From a virus, in IMG/VR virus record IMGVR_UViG_3300045988_018198: a DNA stretch of 31,406 nt. The stretch is one strand, 5' to 3'. The position numbers and the translations under genes were made by a program. Of this stretch, positions 15,051-24,248 are shown one piece after another (the first letter of the stretch is position 1; each line of letters opens with the position of its first letter). The notes under the pieces were generated by a model. It had not been told where the DNA came from. It saw only the letters and a program-made list of their open reading frames with translations, and ran no database searches.

Positions 15051-17342
15051 TTACACATGCCCCCCTCTCGCCTTGATATTTGCTATTTGATTATTCGTGA
15101 TATACTTGTCCGCTGTTCTTCCGATCACTTTGCCGTCCAGGATGATCTGGTCTCCTTGAACTATGACAGAAGAGGAATAGGAAGCCGCCGCCGCACTGAA
15201 AACGCCGCCACGGTCTTCTGTAATCGCTCCGTTTATCGTCCCAGACACGGCGGAAGCCGCCCGGGAGATGATACCAAGGTTCTTATAGATCGTGTCCGCC
15301 ATCCCGGTAAGCATATCCGGCATCCAGGTCTCGTAGTCACGGAGTGGCCCTTCATCGGGCCGGGAGAAGTGAAGGAATGAGCGGATCTTGTTCGCCACGT
15401 CTTTCACGGCACCAACGATCTTGTTTACCCCGGACATAACACCCTTCGCCAGCCCGTTAATGAAATCCTTCCCCCAGCCGATCGCCTTGCTTGGCAGGGA
15501 TGTGATAAAGTTAATAGCAGACTGAAACGCATTTTTCACTGCAGAGCCGATTTTTGAGCCGATAGACGAAATGATCGTTACAAGGTTGTTGAAGGCTGTC
15601 GAAACCAAAGTTTTTATGATGGTCAAGACAGACGAAAGGATAGACTTTACCGCCTCCCAGGCTCCTCGCCAATCGCCCTGCAAAATCGAGCTGAAAAATT
15701 TAATGATATTTTGGATGATGTTAAGCCCTTCCTGAATCCAGGTGGTGATCATGGTCACGGTGTTTTGCACCACAGCCATGATCGTGTCGCCCCACTGCTC
15801 CCAGATGATAGAGGCCAGCTCAACGAACGCCGAAATGATCTGCTTGATCGTCTCGATCGCTACCGAAATCGCAGACTGGATCTGTGCCCAGATCTCGCCG
15901 ACAGCTTCACGGAACCCCTCGTTTGTCGTCCACAGGTGTTGGAACGCCGCAACAAGAAGCGTAATCCCGGCAACAACTGCCGCTACTATGCCGATGATCG
16001 GCAAAAGTGGAGCCTGTAGCATGGTCAACGCCGCCGCAACCGACAAAATCACCGGCGCAAGTGCCCCGAAAATAACAATGAGCGTTCCGAGAATGGTTAA
16101 AAACTGCTGTACCGGCTCGGGCAGGGATGTAAAAAACCCGGCCACTTTCTCCAGCACGCCAGCCGCTATGTTCATAGCGTTTGTCACCGCTGGCATGATC
16201 GCTTCTGCCAGGCGGCTCATGGCTTCCTCATACCGGGCCTGTGCCTCGTTGGACTCGATCAGGGCCTCATTATTTTCCCGGAAACCTTCCGCACTCTCGA
16301 TCAACCCCTGCCGTGCCATCTCCTGCAAGATCATATTCGCACGCTCGGTTTTATCGGTTGTGGACTGGAGCTTTTGGTTAAAAGCGTCCTCAGAAGTTCC
16401 CGCCCAGTTCAAAACGTCCGCAAAGGTTCCAGTCACCGTCCCGGTCTGTGCAGTTTCGTTGATCGCCTCGGCCAGGGAGTCGATCGGGATGGAATCACCA
16501 TATTGCGCCCATGCGCCGATTGCGGCGTCCGTCATTTTTGTGAGTTGGCCCTGGGAAAGACCGAGAGCTTGCAGGTTCGCTGTTGCGGTAGCCGCCGTTT
16601 GGTTATCGCCAAGAACGCCGTAAAGCTGAGTATAGGTCTGCTTCGTTTCTTTTGTGGAGTATCCAAGGTTTTTGGAAGAGGCTTCCAGCTGACCCATGAT
16701 TTTCAGATATTCCTTTGACTCCTCTACCACGCTTTTCATTGCTTCCCCGGCGGAGGATATCCCTTCCGCCAGCGAACTTAACGCCTCGGACTTGGACGCA
16801 CTTGCGATATCGTCAAGGCTTTTGTCTGCCTCGTCCGCTTCATCCGACAGACGGCTTAAGCCGGTGGCGGCGTCCCTTGCCCCTGACTCGATCTCGTCCA
16901 GCATGTTGGCGTTTTTTCCGATGGAGTTATTCAGGTTATTGATATAGCCCTGAGTTTCATTCATGGCCACTTTCAGCTTGGAAACGCTTTCCGCCTGCTT
17001 ATTGTAGGCGGCTTCCGCCTTCCCTGCTTCCGCAGAGTTTTCCCCCATCTCCGTTTTTACCCGCTGATACTCGGTGGCAAGTTCTCGGAGCTTCTGGACT
17101 TCCTTATCATATTGATCCTGGAGGGTTGACAGCTTCTGCTTCTGAGCGTCAAGCTGTTTCTCCATGACCCGGCTTTTTGCTATGAGGGCCTGCTGGGAGT
17201 TCTCATTATTTGCAAACTCCGCCGTCAGGGCTTTCATCTCGGATCCGTACTCCCGCAGGGAGTTGTTGATGTTTTTTATCTGCTTGTTAAATTCAGCCTC
17301 GCCCTTGATTCCAATGCGTGGCCCGATATCATATCCAGCCAT
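15051..17342 (-). CDS. Tape measure protein
   Basis: 763 aa; coiled-coil N-terminal half, hydrophobic central TM-like block, position after the chaperone pair. Confidence 0.9.
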   Translation of the reverse strand: MAGYDIGPRIGIKGEAEFNKQIKNINNSLREYGSEMKALTAEFANNENSQQALIAKSRVMEKQLDAQKQKLSTLQDQYDKEVQKLRELATEYQRVKTEMGENSAEAGKAEAAYNKQAESVSKLKVAMNETQGYINNLNNSIGKNANMLDEIESGARDAATGLSRLSDEADEADKSLDDIASASKSEALSSLAEGISSAGEAMKSVVEESKEYLKIMGQLEASSKNLGYSTKETKQTYTQLYGVLGDNQTAATATANLQALGLSQGQLTKMTDAAIGAWAQYGDSIPIDSLAEAINETAQTGTVTGTFADVLNWAGTSEDAFNQKLQSTTDKTERANMILQEMARQGLIESAEGFRENNEALIESNEAQARYEEAMSRLAEAIMPAVTNAMNIAAGVLEKVAGFFTSLPEPVQQFLTILGTLIVIFGALAPVILSVAAALTMLQAPLLPIIGIVAAVVAGITLLVAAFQHLWTTNEGFREAVGEIWAQIQSAISVAIETIKQIISAFVELASIIWEQWGDTIMAVVQNTVTMITTWIQEGLNIIQNIIKFFSSILQGDWRGAWEAVKSILSSVLTIIKTLVSTAFNNLVTIISSIGSKIGSAVKNAFQSAINFITSLPSKAIGWGKDFINGLAKGVMSGVNKIVGAVKDVANKIRSFLHFSRPDEGPLRDYETWMPDMLTGMADTIYKNLGIISRAASAVSGTINGAITEDRGGVFSAAAASYSSSVIVQGDQIILDGKVIGRTADKYITNNQIANIKARGGHV

Positions 17343-17543
17343 TAAATCACTCCCGGAAAATACTGTTGATCTCGCTTGTCGATAAGTTCTATGTGTCCTT
17401 CCTGAGCCAGGAAGAAATCATAAAGGTCGGAAAGCTCGGCGATAGGCATACAGGCATATTCCAGATACGGGATACCCATGCGCCTACCGCAAGCATTAAG
17501 CCACTCCGGGGAGTTCACCCTAGAGTGGCTCTTACATTTTTTT
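17342..17543 (-). CDS. T-like extension of the tail assembly chaperone, in the +1 frame relative to 17532..17930
   Basis: The frame is open from the A7 run (17537..17543) to TAA at 17342-17344, which overlaps the tape-measure ATG. It encodes ..EWLNACGRRMGIPYLEYACMPIAELSDLYDFF... Confidence 0.6.
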
Positions 17544-17930
17544 ATCAGGCTTGGCCTCCACGTCCTTTTTTGATCCGCCGGAAATGCACTCCACGATCTT
17601 TGCTACCATGTCCTCGGCGTCAAAGATATCTACCGCCACCTCGATCACTTCCGCCGGGAGCGGCTCCCACTTGCCGTTGATGATCGGTGCATTCTCGGGG
17701 GCAGGGAGGTCTTTCTCGAAAAAGTTCTTGTAGGCGCACCCCTGGGAGATCAAGAGCGTCAGGATCTCAACGATTGCCTCCAGCTTGTCCGCCTCGTTTC
17801 CTTCCTTCTTGATCCGCTCCTGCATTTTTTCCACGCTTCCATACCGCTGAATCAGCCGTTTTGTTGCCCCCAGGGAGAAGGACATCGGATAGTCCTTCCC
17901 AGCCAGGGTTATATAAGTAATCTTGCTCAT
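17532..17930 (-). CDS. Tail assembly chaperone (G-like)
   Basis: 132 aa between the major tail and tape measure genes; ends ..GAT AAA AAA ATG TAA. Confidence 0.75.
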   Translation of the reverse strand: MSKITYITLAGKDYPMSFSLGATKRLIQRYGSVEKMQERIKKEGNEADKLEAIVEILTLLISQGCAYKNFFEKDLPAPENAPIINGKWEPLPAEVIEVAVDIFDAEDMVAKIVECISGGSKKDVEAKPDKKM

Positions 17931-17933
17931 TTT

Positions 17934-18797
17934 CTATCCCTCATTTGCAATAACCGTCACGGTTCCGGCGGCCACCGCTTTCTTTGCGCTGTCCACTTCC
18001 GCTACGCAGATCTCCGTCCCGTTTGTGATCTCCACATCCTCACCGGGTGTCAGAGCCGTCCAGGAAGTAAGATCTTCCTTATAGTTTGGAATGGAGGCGT
18101 TTGCTTTGTAGACGTAGGTATTTCCAGAAGCCGCCGCAGGACTTACGGAGATAACCGTGTTGCCCGCTTCGCTTCCCGCCTGGGATGTTACAGTCAACTG
18201 CACCAGCACGTTCAGGATGGTTTTCAGGTACTCGTAGGCTTCCGCATGAGTGTCAAACCACGCCTCCCGCTCCCACTGGTGCTTGTAATTTTCAGAGTTT
18301 TCATCCGCCCGGGTCACCGAAAACTCGATCTCTTTCGTCTGCCACTCGATGGACTCGCCCTTCGTGGTAGCCGCTTCCGCCGGGATATTGGGCGTAGCTT
18401 TGCACAGGATCACCGCCCGGTATTTGTCGATATCGTTGATCTGGTGGGTCTCAATGATACCGAATCCAAGAGGAACCGGCTTTGCGTCATCGTCCTTTAC
18501 AAGCTCGGTCACCTGCACGCTTCCAACCTGTACCTGCACCTCTTTCAGCTTCAAGAGCCGCCGGGAGGTGTAAGCGTCCAGATCGGTTGTGTTCAGCGTC
18601 AGAGTACCGCCGTTGAAAGACCCGTAATCATTCTCGGCGATATTGTCATCACCGTAGAGCGGGTTGTTATCCGATGTTTCCGGCTCAAAGCTGTACTCCA
18701 CGGCCTTGCCGCATACAAAACCGTTGGAATAGCTTACAACATTTCCGTTGTAGTTGTACTCACCGAAAACCGGGTTGGTCAAGCCTTTAATAGCCAT
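17934..18797 (-). CDS. Major tail protein with C-terminal Ig-like domain
   Basis: 287 aa; N-terminus MAIKGLTNPVFGEY.. is phi13-type; the C-terminal ~90 aa (VQLTVTSQAGSEAGNTVISVS...GTVTVIANEG) looks Ig-like. Confidence 0.75.
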   Translation of the reverse strand: MAIKGLTNPVFGEYNYNGNVVSYSNGFVCGKAVEYSFEPETSDNNPLYGDDNIAENDYGSFNGGTLTLNTTDLDAYTSRRLLKLKEVQVQVGSVQVTELVKDDDAKPVPLGFGIIETHQINDIDKYRAVILCKATPNIPAEAATTKGESIEWQTKEIEFSVTRADENSENYKHQWEREAWFDTHAEAYEYLKTILNVLVQLTVTSQAGSEAGNTVISVSPAAASGNTYVYKANASIPNYKEDLTSWTALTPGEDVEITNGTEICVAEVDSAKKAVAAGTVTVIANEG

Positions 18798-18801
18798 ATT
18801 G

Positions 18802-19302
18802 TCACTCCATTCTTTTCTCGATTTCTTGATTAATGGTTTCGTCCATCTTCGCCTGCGCCGGTTTCCGTGATCGGTTCACCGCCGGACGCACAACGGGATG
18901 TTTTTTCCGAAAATAGGTGCCCGATTCCACACTCCGCATAAGCATGGCATTGGGCGTGCCCTTGGGATATTTCTTTGTCTTCACACTTCCGTAGCCGTCA
19001 AAACCGGCTTTGGTATTGATGTAATCTTGCTCGTTTTTAATAGGCGCAAGACCGAAAGCGTCTATCAGGTCGGCCTTCTGCCTGCGGCTTACGCCGTACA
19101 GCATTTCCCCCTCGTTTGCGTAGGGCGGGAGTCCGTTCTCACCTTCCTGCACGGGGATGGAATCCAGGTTCGCCCGGATGGCGTTCGCCACCACGTTCGC
19201 CCCCTCATAAACCGCCCGCTTGCAGATCTCCTCCGAGTCCTTCCAGAGAATCGAAAGCCGCTTGGCGTATTCATCAATGCCTTCAAACTCGATACTTGCC
19301 AT
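18802..19302 (-). CDS. Head-tail joining / tail completion protein (HK97 gp10-like)
   Basis: ATG at 19302 (MASIEFEG); size and position between the connector genes and the major tail gene. Confidence 0.5.
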   Translation of the reverse strand: MASIEFEGIDEYAKRLSILWKDSEEICKRAVYEGANVVANAIRANLDSIPVQEGENGLPPYANEGEMLYGVSRRQKADLIDAFGLAPIKNEQDYINTKAGFDGYGSVKTKKYPKGTPNAMLMRSVESGTYFRKKHPVVRPAVNRSRKPAQAKMDETINQEIEKRME

Positions 19303-19643
19303 CACGCCACCTCCCACACCCACTCGTAGTGGATATACCCGGCTCCGCTCTCGTCACGGGACTCAAACTGCACGGAGTTAAGATAAAAAGAGATACAAGC
19401 GGCTGTTAAAGCCGCCTGTATCTTGTCCACATTTTCATCAAACTCCTGCCGGGTGAAGTAGTCAATCGTGCCCTGGATGGATTGGTTGGTTTTGTGATCG
19501 TCACCCTCCACCGAATCACCCTCGGAGTCCTCCGCCCAAACAATATATTGATCGGTCTTGTCCATCGCCCGATAGTGGCCGACATTATCTGTGATCTGTA
19601 GAAGGATCTCAGGGATCACCTGGATCTTGGATTGCATACTCAT
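19302..19643 (-). CDS. Head-tail joining protein (unassigned family)
   Basis: 113 aa; assigned by position in the connector module only. Confidence 0.45.
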   Translation of the reverse strand: MSMQSKIQVIPEILLQITDNVGHYRAMDKTDQYIVWAEDSEGDSVEGDDHKTNQSIQGTIDYFTRQEFDENVDKIQAALTAACISFYLNSVQFESRDESGAGYIHYEWVWEVA

Positions 19644-19962
19644 CTTCCAACCTTTCCAGGGTCAGCTTTGTGATCCTTAGATTGTCTTCATCCAGCGTGG
19701 GTTGCCGCATGATTACTCGGAACTGCGTCCCGTCTTCCAGGGCGCAGACATCGGTCACGGCGATATCCCCCCAGCCCGGAACATTGACCACGGCGGAAAC
19801 CTGCTGTTTCGCCTGCAATGCGGTATAATACCGGGTGATCCCGATATCATCGTAGCCGAAATAATACTGGTCTTTTTTTATCAACCCGGTAACCGGCATT
19901 TGTCCGGGCTTTGCGATATTCCCGGTCTTATAGATCGTCAGGATCCCGTCATCGAAGGTCAT
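19609..19962 (-). CDS. Head closure / head-tail adaptor protein (SPP1 gp16-like)
   Basis: 117 aa, located after the gp6-like connector. Confidence 0.5.
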   Translation of the reverse strand: MTFDDGILTIYKTGNIAKPGQMPVTGLIKKDQYYFGYDDIGITRYYTALQAKQQVSAVVNVPGWGDIAVTDVCALEDGTQFRVIMRQPTLDEDNLRITKLTLERLEDEYAIQDPGDP

Positions 19963-20234
19963 ACTTGCCGCCCCTTTTGTTTCATCAAAATATTATTCAG
20001 GTTCCAGCGCAGGAACCTCGGCATAGATGTTTCGTTTGCCGCCCGCTTGCGGAAGAGATAGGCGGCGTATTGCACCACCGCCATATCACACTCGATCGTC
20101 CCGTCAAGGATGATCCCTTCCGTTTGTATCGCAGAGGAGGCCTGCGACAGCAGAGCGGACAGGTATTCATCATTCGCAGATGTGGTCCTCTGCAAATCTT
20201 TTTTTAGCAAAATCAGCTTTTCCTCATTCGTCAC
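19959..20234 (-). CDS. gp6-like head-tail connector protein
   Basis: GTG start with GGTGGTGA 6 nt upstream; ..LILLKKDLQRTTSANDEYLSALLSQASSAI.. is typical of this family. Confidence 0.6.
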   Translation of the reverse strand: MTNEEKLILLKKDLQRTTSANDEYLSALLSQASSAIQTEGIILDGTIECDMAVVQYAAYLFRKRAANETSMPRFLRWNLNNILMKQKGRQV

Positions 20235-20251
20235 AGGCCATCACCACCTTA

Positions 20252-21946
20252 TCACGCAGTCTTTGTGATGTTTACGGTGTAGACCTTCACGGCGTTGCCG
20301 TTCTTCACGGTCACGGTCAGCGGGTGAGCGGTTCCGTCAGCCTTAAAAGTGATCGTGCCACCGTTTCTCACGTTCTTACCATTGTAGGAGATCGCCACTT
20401 CTGCGCCAGCCTGTGCAGTGGTAGCCTCAACCTTGCCGGAGGTTCCCGTTGCAGTGATGGCGTAAGTGGTTACATCCGGGTCAAAGGTTCCCGGAGTCAT
20501 GCTCTCGGTTCCAACCGTCAGGGCGTTGAGGTCAGCGTCATTTGCGGTATCCGCCGCAAAGTCCATCACGGTTGTAACATTCGTGTTGTTGATATTGATA
20601 GCCACGAACGCACCCGGGATCACCGGCGCACCGTCAGCCCGTGCCTTGCCACGGAACACAGTGTTGTCCTGAATGAACTGAACGCTTCTGTCAGATTCGA
20701 TCTGCATATCCGCACGATCAGCCCACAGGTAGAGATCGCCGTATCCGCCGATGATATCGCCGTCCGGGATGAACTCCAGCACGTCAATGTCTCCGGTGAT
20801 AACCGGCAGGGTTCCGTAGATGTTAGCCACGATATCGCCCGCCGCCGTGAAGGTGATCGCCTTCGACATCAGCTTCGCCCGGGTCTTGGAGTTCATAGCC
20901 CAGAACTGGTTCCCCCGGCTGTACTTGGTGTAGGTGTTTCCTGCCGCCACGGTCAGTGCGCTCCAGAACTCGGACCCCGTCATGCTGTCACCGTCGATCT
21001 TGATGATATTGGTATCAGACAGACCCACCCATGCCGGTGCGTTTGCCGGATAATCGGCAGGCTTGGACTCCTGCGCCAGGCGGGTAACGATACCAAGGGG
21101 CATTTTAGAGCTTGCGCCCTTGCCGTACAGGATCGCCTTGTCCTCTGCCAGGCCGATAGCCTCGGACAGCATTTCAATGATTGTGCTGGCAAGATCCAGG
21201 TTGCTTACGGTATCCTCCAGAAGGGAGTTGCAAACCGGGATGAATCCGGCTACCTTATAGCCGTCCAGGGTGATCTGGTTAAACACAAAGGTCAGCTCAT
21301 TGATCGCCCCGCACATCTCCGTCCATACCGCCTCTGGCACGGTTCCGGCTACGGTCTGTCTTGCCTCGCCGCTTACCGGGCGAACCCGTACACGGTTCAG
21401 GAGCTTAGAATAGCGGTACATATTCTCGGAAATCAGATCCAGGAATACTACCGGGATCTCCAGTTCTCCACCCTGGATCGCACGGTTGGATCCCTTCATA
21501 GATCTCAGCTGTGCCAGGAAGTTCTTGACGTCCTCTCTCTGTACGATAGCCTCACGGGTGTCCATCGGAAGAGCGTCAAAGGCTCTTTTGCTCATGGGCA
21601 GGCTACGGATATTTACATCTACATTCATGTTCATTCTCACTTTCCTTTCTTTGTTTTCGTGTCTTTCTGCCGGAGGATCTACCTCGCAAGCCGCAAGGTC
21701 TGCCTCCAGATCTCCGATCTCGGACTCCAGCTTTGCCTTTGCTTCATCGTGTGCGGTCTTGTCGGAATCGAATTTCTCGATCTCACTCTCCACCGCCTTC
21801 TGCTCCTCGTCTGTTCTCGCTTCCTCGATACTCTTTTCCAGGTCAGCCTCCCGGGTCTCGAAGTCAGCGTCTTTTGCTCTCATATTCTCCAGCTCGGTTT
21901 TTTTCTGGTCGATCTGGTGTCTAAGCATGATCTGTTTCAGTGCCAT
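20252..21946 (-). CDS. HK97-fold major capsid protein with N-terminal coiled-coil delta domain and C-terminal cadherin-like beta-sandwich domain
   Basis: ATG at 21946 (MALKQIML) overlaps the protease stop. Charged coiled-coil for the first ~110 aa, then an HK97-like core. The last 95 aa are DADLNALTVG..TFDPDVTTYAITA...VYTVNITKTA. Confidence 0.85.
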   Translation of the reverse strand: MALKQIMLRHQIDQKKTELENMRAKDADFETREADLEKSIEEARTDEEQKAVESEIEKFDSDKTAHDEAKAKLESEIGDLEADLAACEVDPPAERHENKERKVRMNMNVDVNIRSLPMSKRAFDALPMDTREAIVQREDVKNFLAQLRSMKGSNRAIQGGELEIPVVFLDLISENMYRYSKLLNRVRVRPVSGEARQTVAGTVPEAVWTEMCGAINELTFVFNQITLDGYKVAGFIPVCNSLLEDTVSNLDLASTIIEMLSEAIGLAEDKAILYGKGASSKMPLGIVTRLAQESKPADYPANAPAWVGLSDTNIIKIDGDSMTGSEFWSALTVAAGNTYTKYSRGNQFWAMNSKTRAKLMSKAITFTAAGDIVANIYGTLPVITGDIDVLEFIPDGDIIGGYGDLYLWADRADMQIESDRSVQFIQDNTVFRGKARADGAPVIPGAFVAININNTNVTTVMDFAADTANDADLNALTVGTESMTPGTFDPDVTTYAITATGTSGKVEATTAQAGAEVAISYNGKNVRNGGTITFKADGTAHPLTVTVKNGNAVKVYTVNITKTA

Positions 21947-22542
21947 TATCTTTCTCCTTTCAGGCGTGTCTTCATATCCTCCCGCCATTCATCCATTTTC
22001 TGTTTCTTGGTTTCTTCGTAACGCCGCTTGGCTTCCTCCAGCCCGTCCTTGTTGCGGGCGGAAATGCTTGTGGCTTTGTACGCCGGGAAGGTACACGGCG
22101 AAACCTCATAAAGCGGATCCACCTCCAGGATTTTGGTGTGGTAGACTCCTTCGTCATCCCACCACTCTTCCTGCCGGGCGATATCGAAACCGAATGAGCA
22201 CCCGTCCACATCCCCACGGGAAACACGAGCGTAGCCGTTTAGTGCTTCCTGATCGCCCTCGTTGATCTCGACAGATCCAAAAAGCCCGGTCTCGTCCTCC
22301 CGGAGCGAAGCCGTTCCGTTTGATGTGGAGCCAAGTACGATATTACTGTCATGGTTCCACAGCACCTTGACATCCGATCCGCTGGCCAGATACCGGGCGA
22401 AGGCTCCACGCTCGATAGTCTCAACCCATCCATCCCAGACCTGGTACGGTTCGCCGAAAACAGAAAAGTACCCTTCCAGGTACTTCTTTCCGCCATCCTC
22501 CCGGATCGTGGCGTTCTTCATTTTCATGATTCTTTGTTCCAT
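21946..22542 (-). CDS. HK97-family prohead protease
   Basis: LEGYFSVFGEPY, ETIERGAF, VKVLWNHD and GCSFGF motifs. Confidence 0.85.
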   Translation of the reverse strand: MEQRIMKMKNATIREDGGKKYLEGYFSVFGEPYQVWDGWVETIERGAFARYLASGSDVKVLWNHDSNIVLGSTSNGTASLREDETGLFGSVEINEGDQEALNGYARVSRGDVDGCSFGFDIARQEEWWDDEGVYHTKILEVDPLYEVSPCTFPAYKATSISARNKDGLEEAKRRYEETKKQKMDEWREDMKTRLKGER

Positions 22543-22546
22543 TTAC

Positions 22547-23050
22547 TCACCCCCTTTTACATTTGTTTCTTGCTTGCTGGCTCCAAGTTGCCCATCTGCA
22601 ATTGGAAGGCTCATAGTTTCCATCAGGATCGATTCTGTCCAAAGTCAACTCATCAGAATATCCATTGCTTAATGCCCATTGTGCAAAAGCTGTAAAATCC
22701 TTTTCCCACTCTTCGCATACCTTTATTCCTCTTCCGCCGTAACGCTCATAGCTATTTGTTGATGGGTATTTTGTTCTCCCCTTCATGCTCTGCCATATCG
22801 TATAAAGACGGGTTTTTCTCATTCCGTGCTTTGTGTTTGATCTCGAAGAGGCTTTTGAAGCATTTTCTTTTCTTGTGCAACCACAACAAGAGGATTTCCC
22901 GGAAATTAGAGTTTTTCCAATAACCTTCCTTACCGTTCCGCAATCACATCTACACACCCACACGGCTCGCCCTTCTTTATTGTTTTCCGCACGGCTTAAG
23001 ACCGTCCATTTTCCAAACCTTTCACCTGTGATATCTTTAAGTTGGCTCAT
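22547..23050 (-). CDS. Free-standing homing-endonuclease-like / AP2-type DNA-binding protein inserted between portal and protease
   Basis: Motifs GERFGKWTVL, WVCRCDCG, SCCGC, YGGRGIKVCEEW and LDRIDPDGNYEPSNCRWAT. Visibly AT-richer than the flanking structural genes. Confidence 0.55.
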   Translation of the reverse strand: MSQLKDITGERFGKWTVLSRAENNKEGRAVWVCRCDCGTVRKVIGKTLISGKSSCCGCTRKENASKASSRSNTKHGMRKTRLYTIWQSMKGRTKYPSTNSYERYGGRGIKVCEEWEKDFTAFAQWALSNGYSDELTLDRIDPDGNYEPSNCRWATWSQQARNKCKRG

Positions 23051-23060
23051 GATATTCCCC

Positions 23061-24248
23061 TTAATTTCCGTTTAACTTTTTCTGATCTCCAATCATTCCA
23101 ACAGGAATGAAGTTTTCCAGTATAATCAATTCGTCACTATCGGAAGCAGGCGGTAATCCGATCCAGTCCCTAACCTCGTCACGTGTCATGATCCCACGGA
23201 TATATTGATCGTCTGCGATAGCGGCAAGATCTCGAAGTTCATAATTGTATAAACTTCTTGGATTAAACCGGAAATAAAACTCTGGACTATACAAAAGTTT
23301 TTTTGTGAGCTCCTGCTCGATCATCTGCGCCAGCGGCATGACCGTGGAATTGATAAAGTTATTCCATTCTTCCCGATTGAACTCCCCGACACCCAAAACA
23401 AAAGGCGGCACTCCAAGGATGGAAGCCACCGTCTTTTTATCCAGCTGTACCATGTCAGCCAGTGCCAGGTCTGACAGGGAAAGCGGTTTGATCTGCTCGA
23501 TCTCGAACTGCTCCGCCGGGATCATCCACGGCTCCCCGGCCTGCGTGGTGTCGATGTAGTCCGACAGCAGTTGCCGCCGCCCTGCCGGAGAAGAAAACTC
23601 CTCAGTCAGAGCGTCCACCTTTACGATGATGGACGGCTTCCACTTGCTCGACATGAACCCCTTTTCCGTGGCCGCCGCCTGTTTCAGGTTGTTGGCTACG
23701 TCTTTCAGTGCCACTTGCAACCCTGTCCCACGCCAGGGGTAGTAGTTTCCCGGATTCAGGACAAAGTGAAGCACCCGATCCGGGTCGTACTCTTGTCCAT
23801 TCAGGAGCACCTTGTAGTCCCAGATCCCCTCCGGGATAAATGCCACCATAGCGGCGGGCATAGGTTTCAGGTCTCGGAGATAGCCACGGCTGAACTTTGG
23901 ATACACCACCGCATTGCCGTCCCCGTACAGAAACAGAGTGTTGACGATCCATTGGATAAATGCGGAGCGGGTCATGTTGGCGTTTGGGTTAATGTCAATC
24001 TTGCGGCTCAACTCATTCTTAACCCGCACATCCCCGTCATCCGTATTTTGCATAAGGTGGATGGTCATGGATCCGATCAGCTTGGCGATCTTGTTCACTG
24101 CCGTGATGATCTCCGGGTTGTGGTCGAGTGAGGTATACCCCTGACAAGTCAGCGTGTCGAAAGCCTCCTGACTGCACAGCCAGGAAACGGTCTGCTTATT
24201 GACCGGCTCTGCCCTCGCTTTCATCTTTTTCGCCTGTCGCTTATTCAT
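23061..24248 (-). CDS. Portal protein (HK97 family)
   Basis: ATG at 24248 (MNKRQAKK) overlaps the terL stop; about 395 aa; located after TerL. Confidence 0.85.
   Translation of the reverse strand: MNKRQAKKMKARAEPVNKQTVSWLCSQEAFDTLTCQGYTSLDHNPEIITAVNKIAKLIGSMTIHLMQNTDDGDVRVKNELSRKIDINPNANMTRSAFIQWIVNTLFLYGDGNAVVYPKFSRGYLRDLKPMPAAMVAFIPEGIWDYKVLLNGQEYDPDRVLHFVLNPGNYYPWRGTGLQVALKDVANNLKQAAATEKGFMSSKWKPSIIVKVDALTEEFSSPAGRRQLLSDYIDTTQAGEPWMIPAEQFEIEQIKPLSLSDLALADMVQLDKKTVASILGVPPFVLGVGEFNREEWNNFINSTVMPLAQMIEQELTKKLLYSPEFYFRFNPRSLYNYELRDLAAIADDQYIRGIMTRDEVRDWIGLPPASDSDELIILENFIPVGMIGDQKKLNGN

Noticed and set aside
20180-22021. Very long plus-strand ORF (613 aa) and other long plus-strand ORFs (21486..22265, 13408..14451, 15742..16623, 11542..12228, 24199..24840)
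   Set aside because: All lie antisense to well-supported structural genes (capsid, protease, Tal, tape measure, fibre, TerL). They have low-complexity Arg/Ser/Leu/Pro-rich translations, no SD and no recognisable motifs. These are typical shadow ORFs of GC-rich coding sequence.
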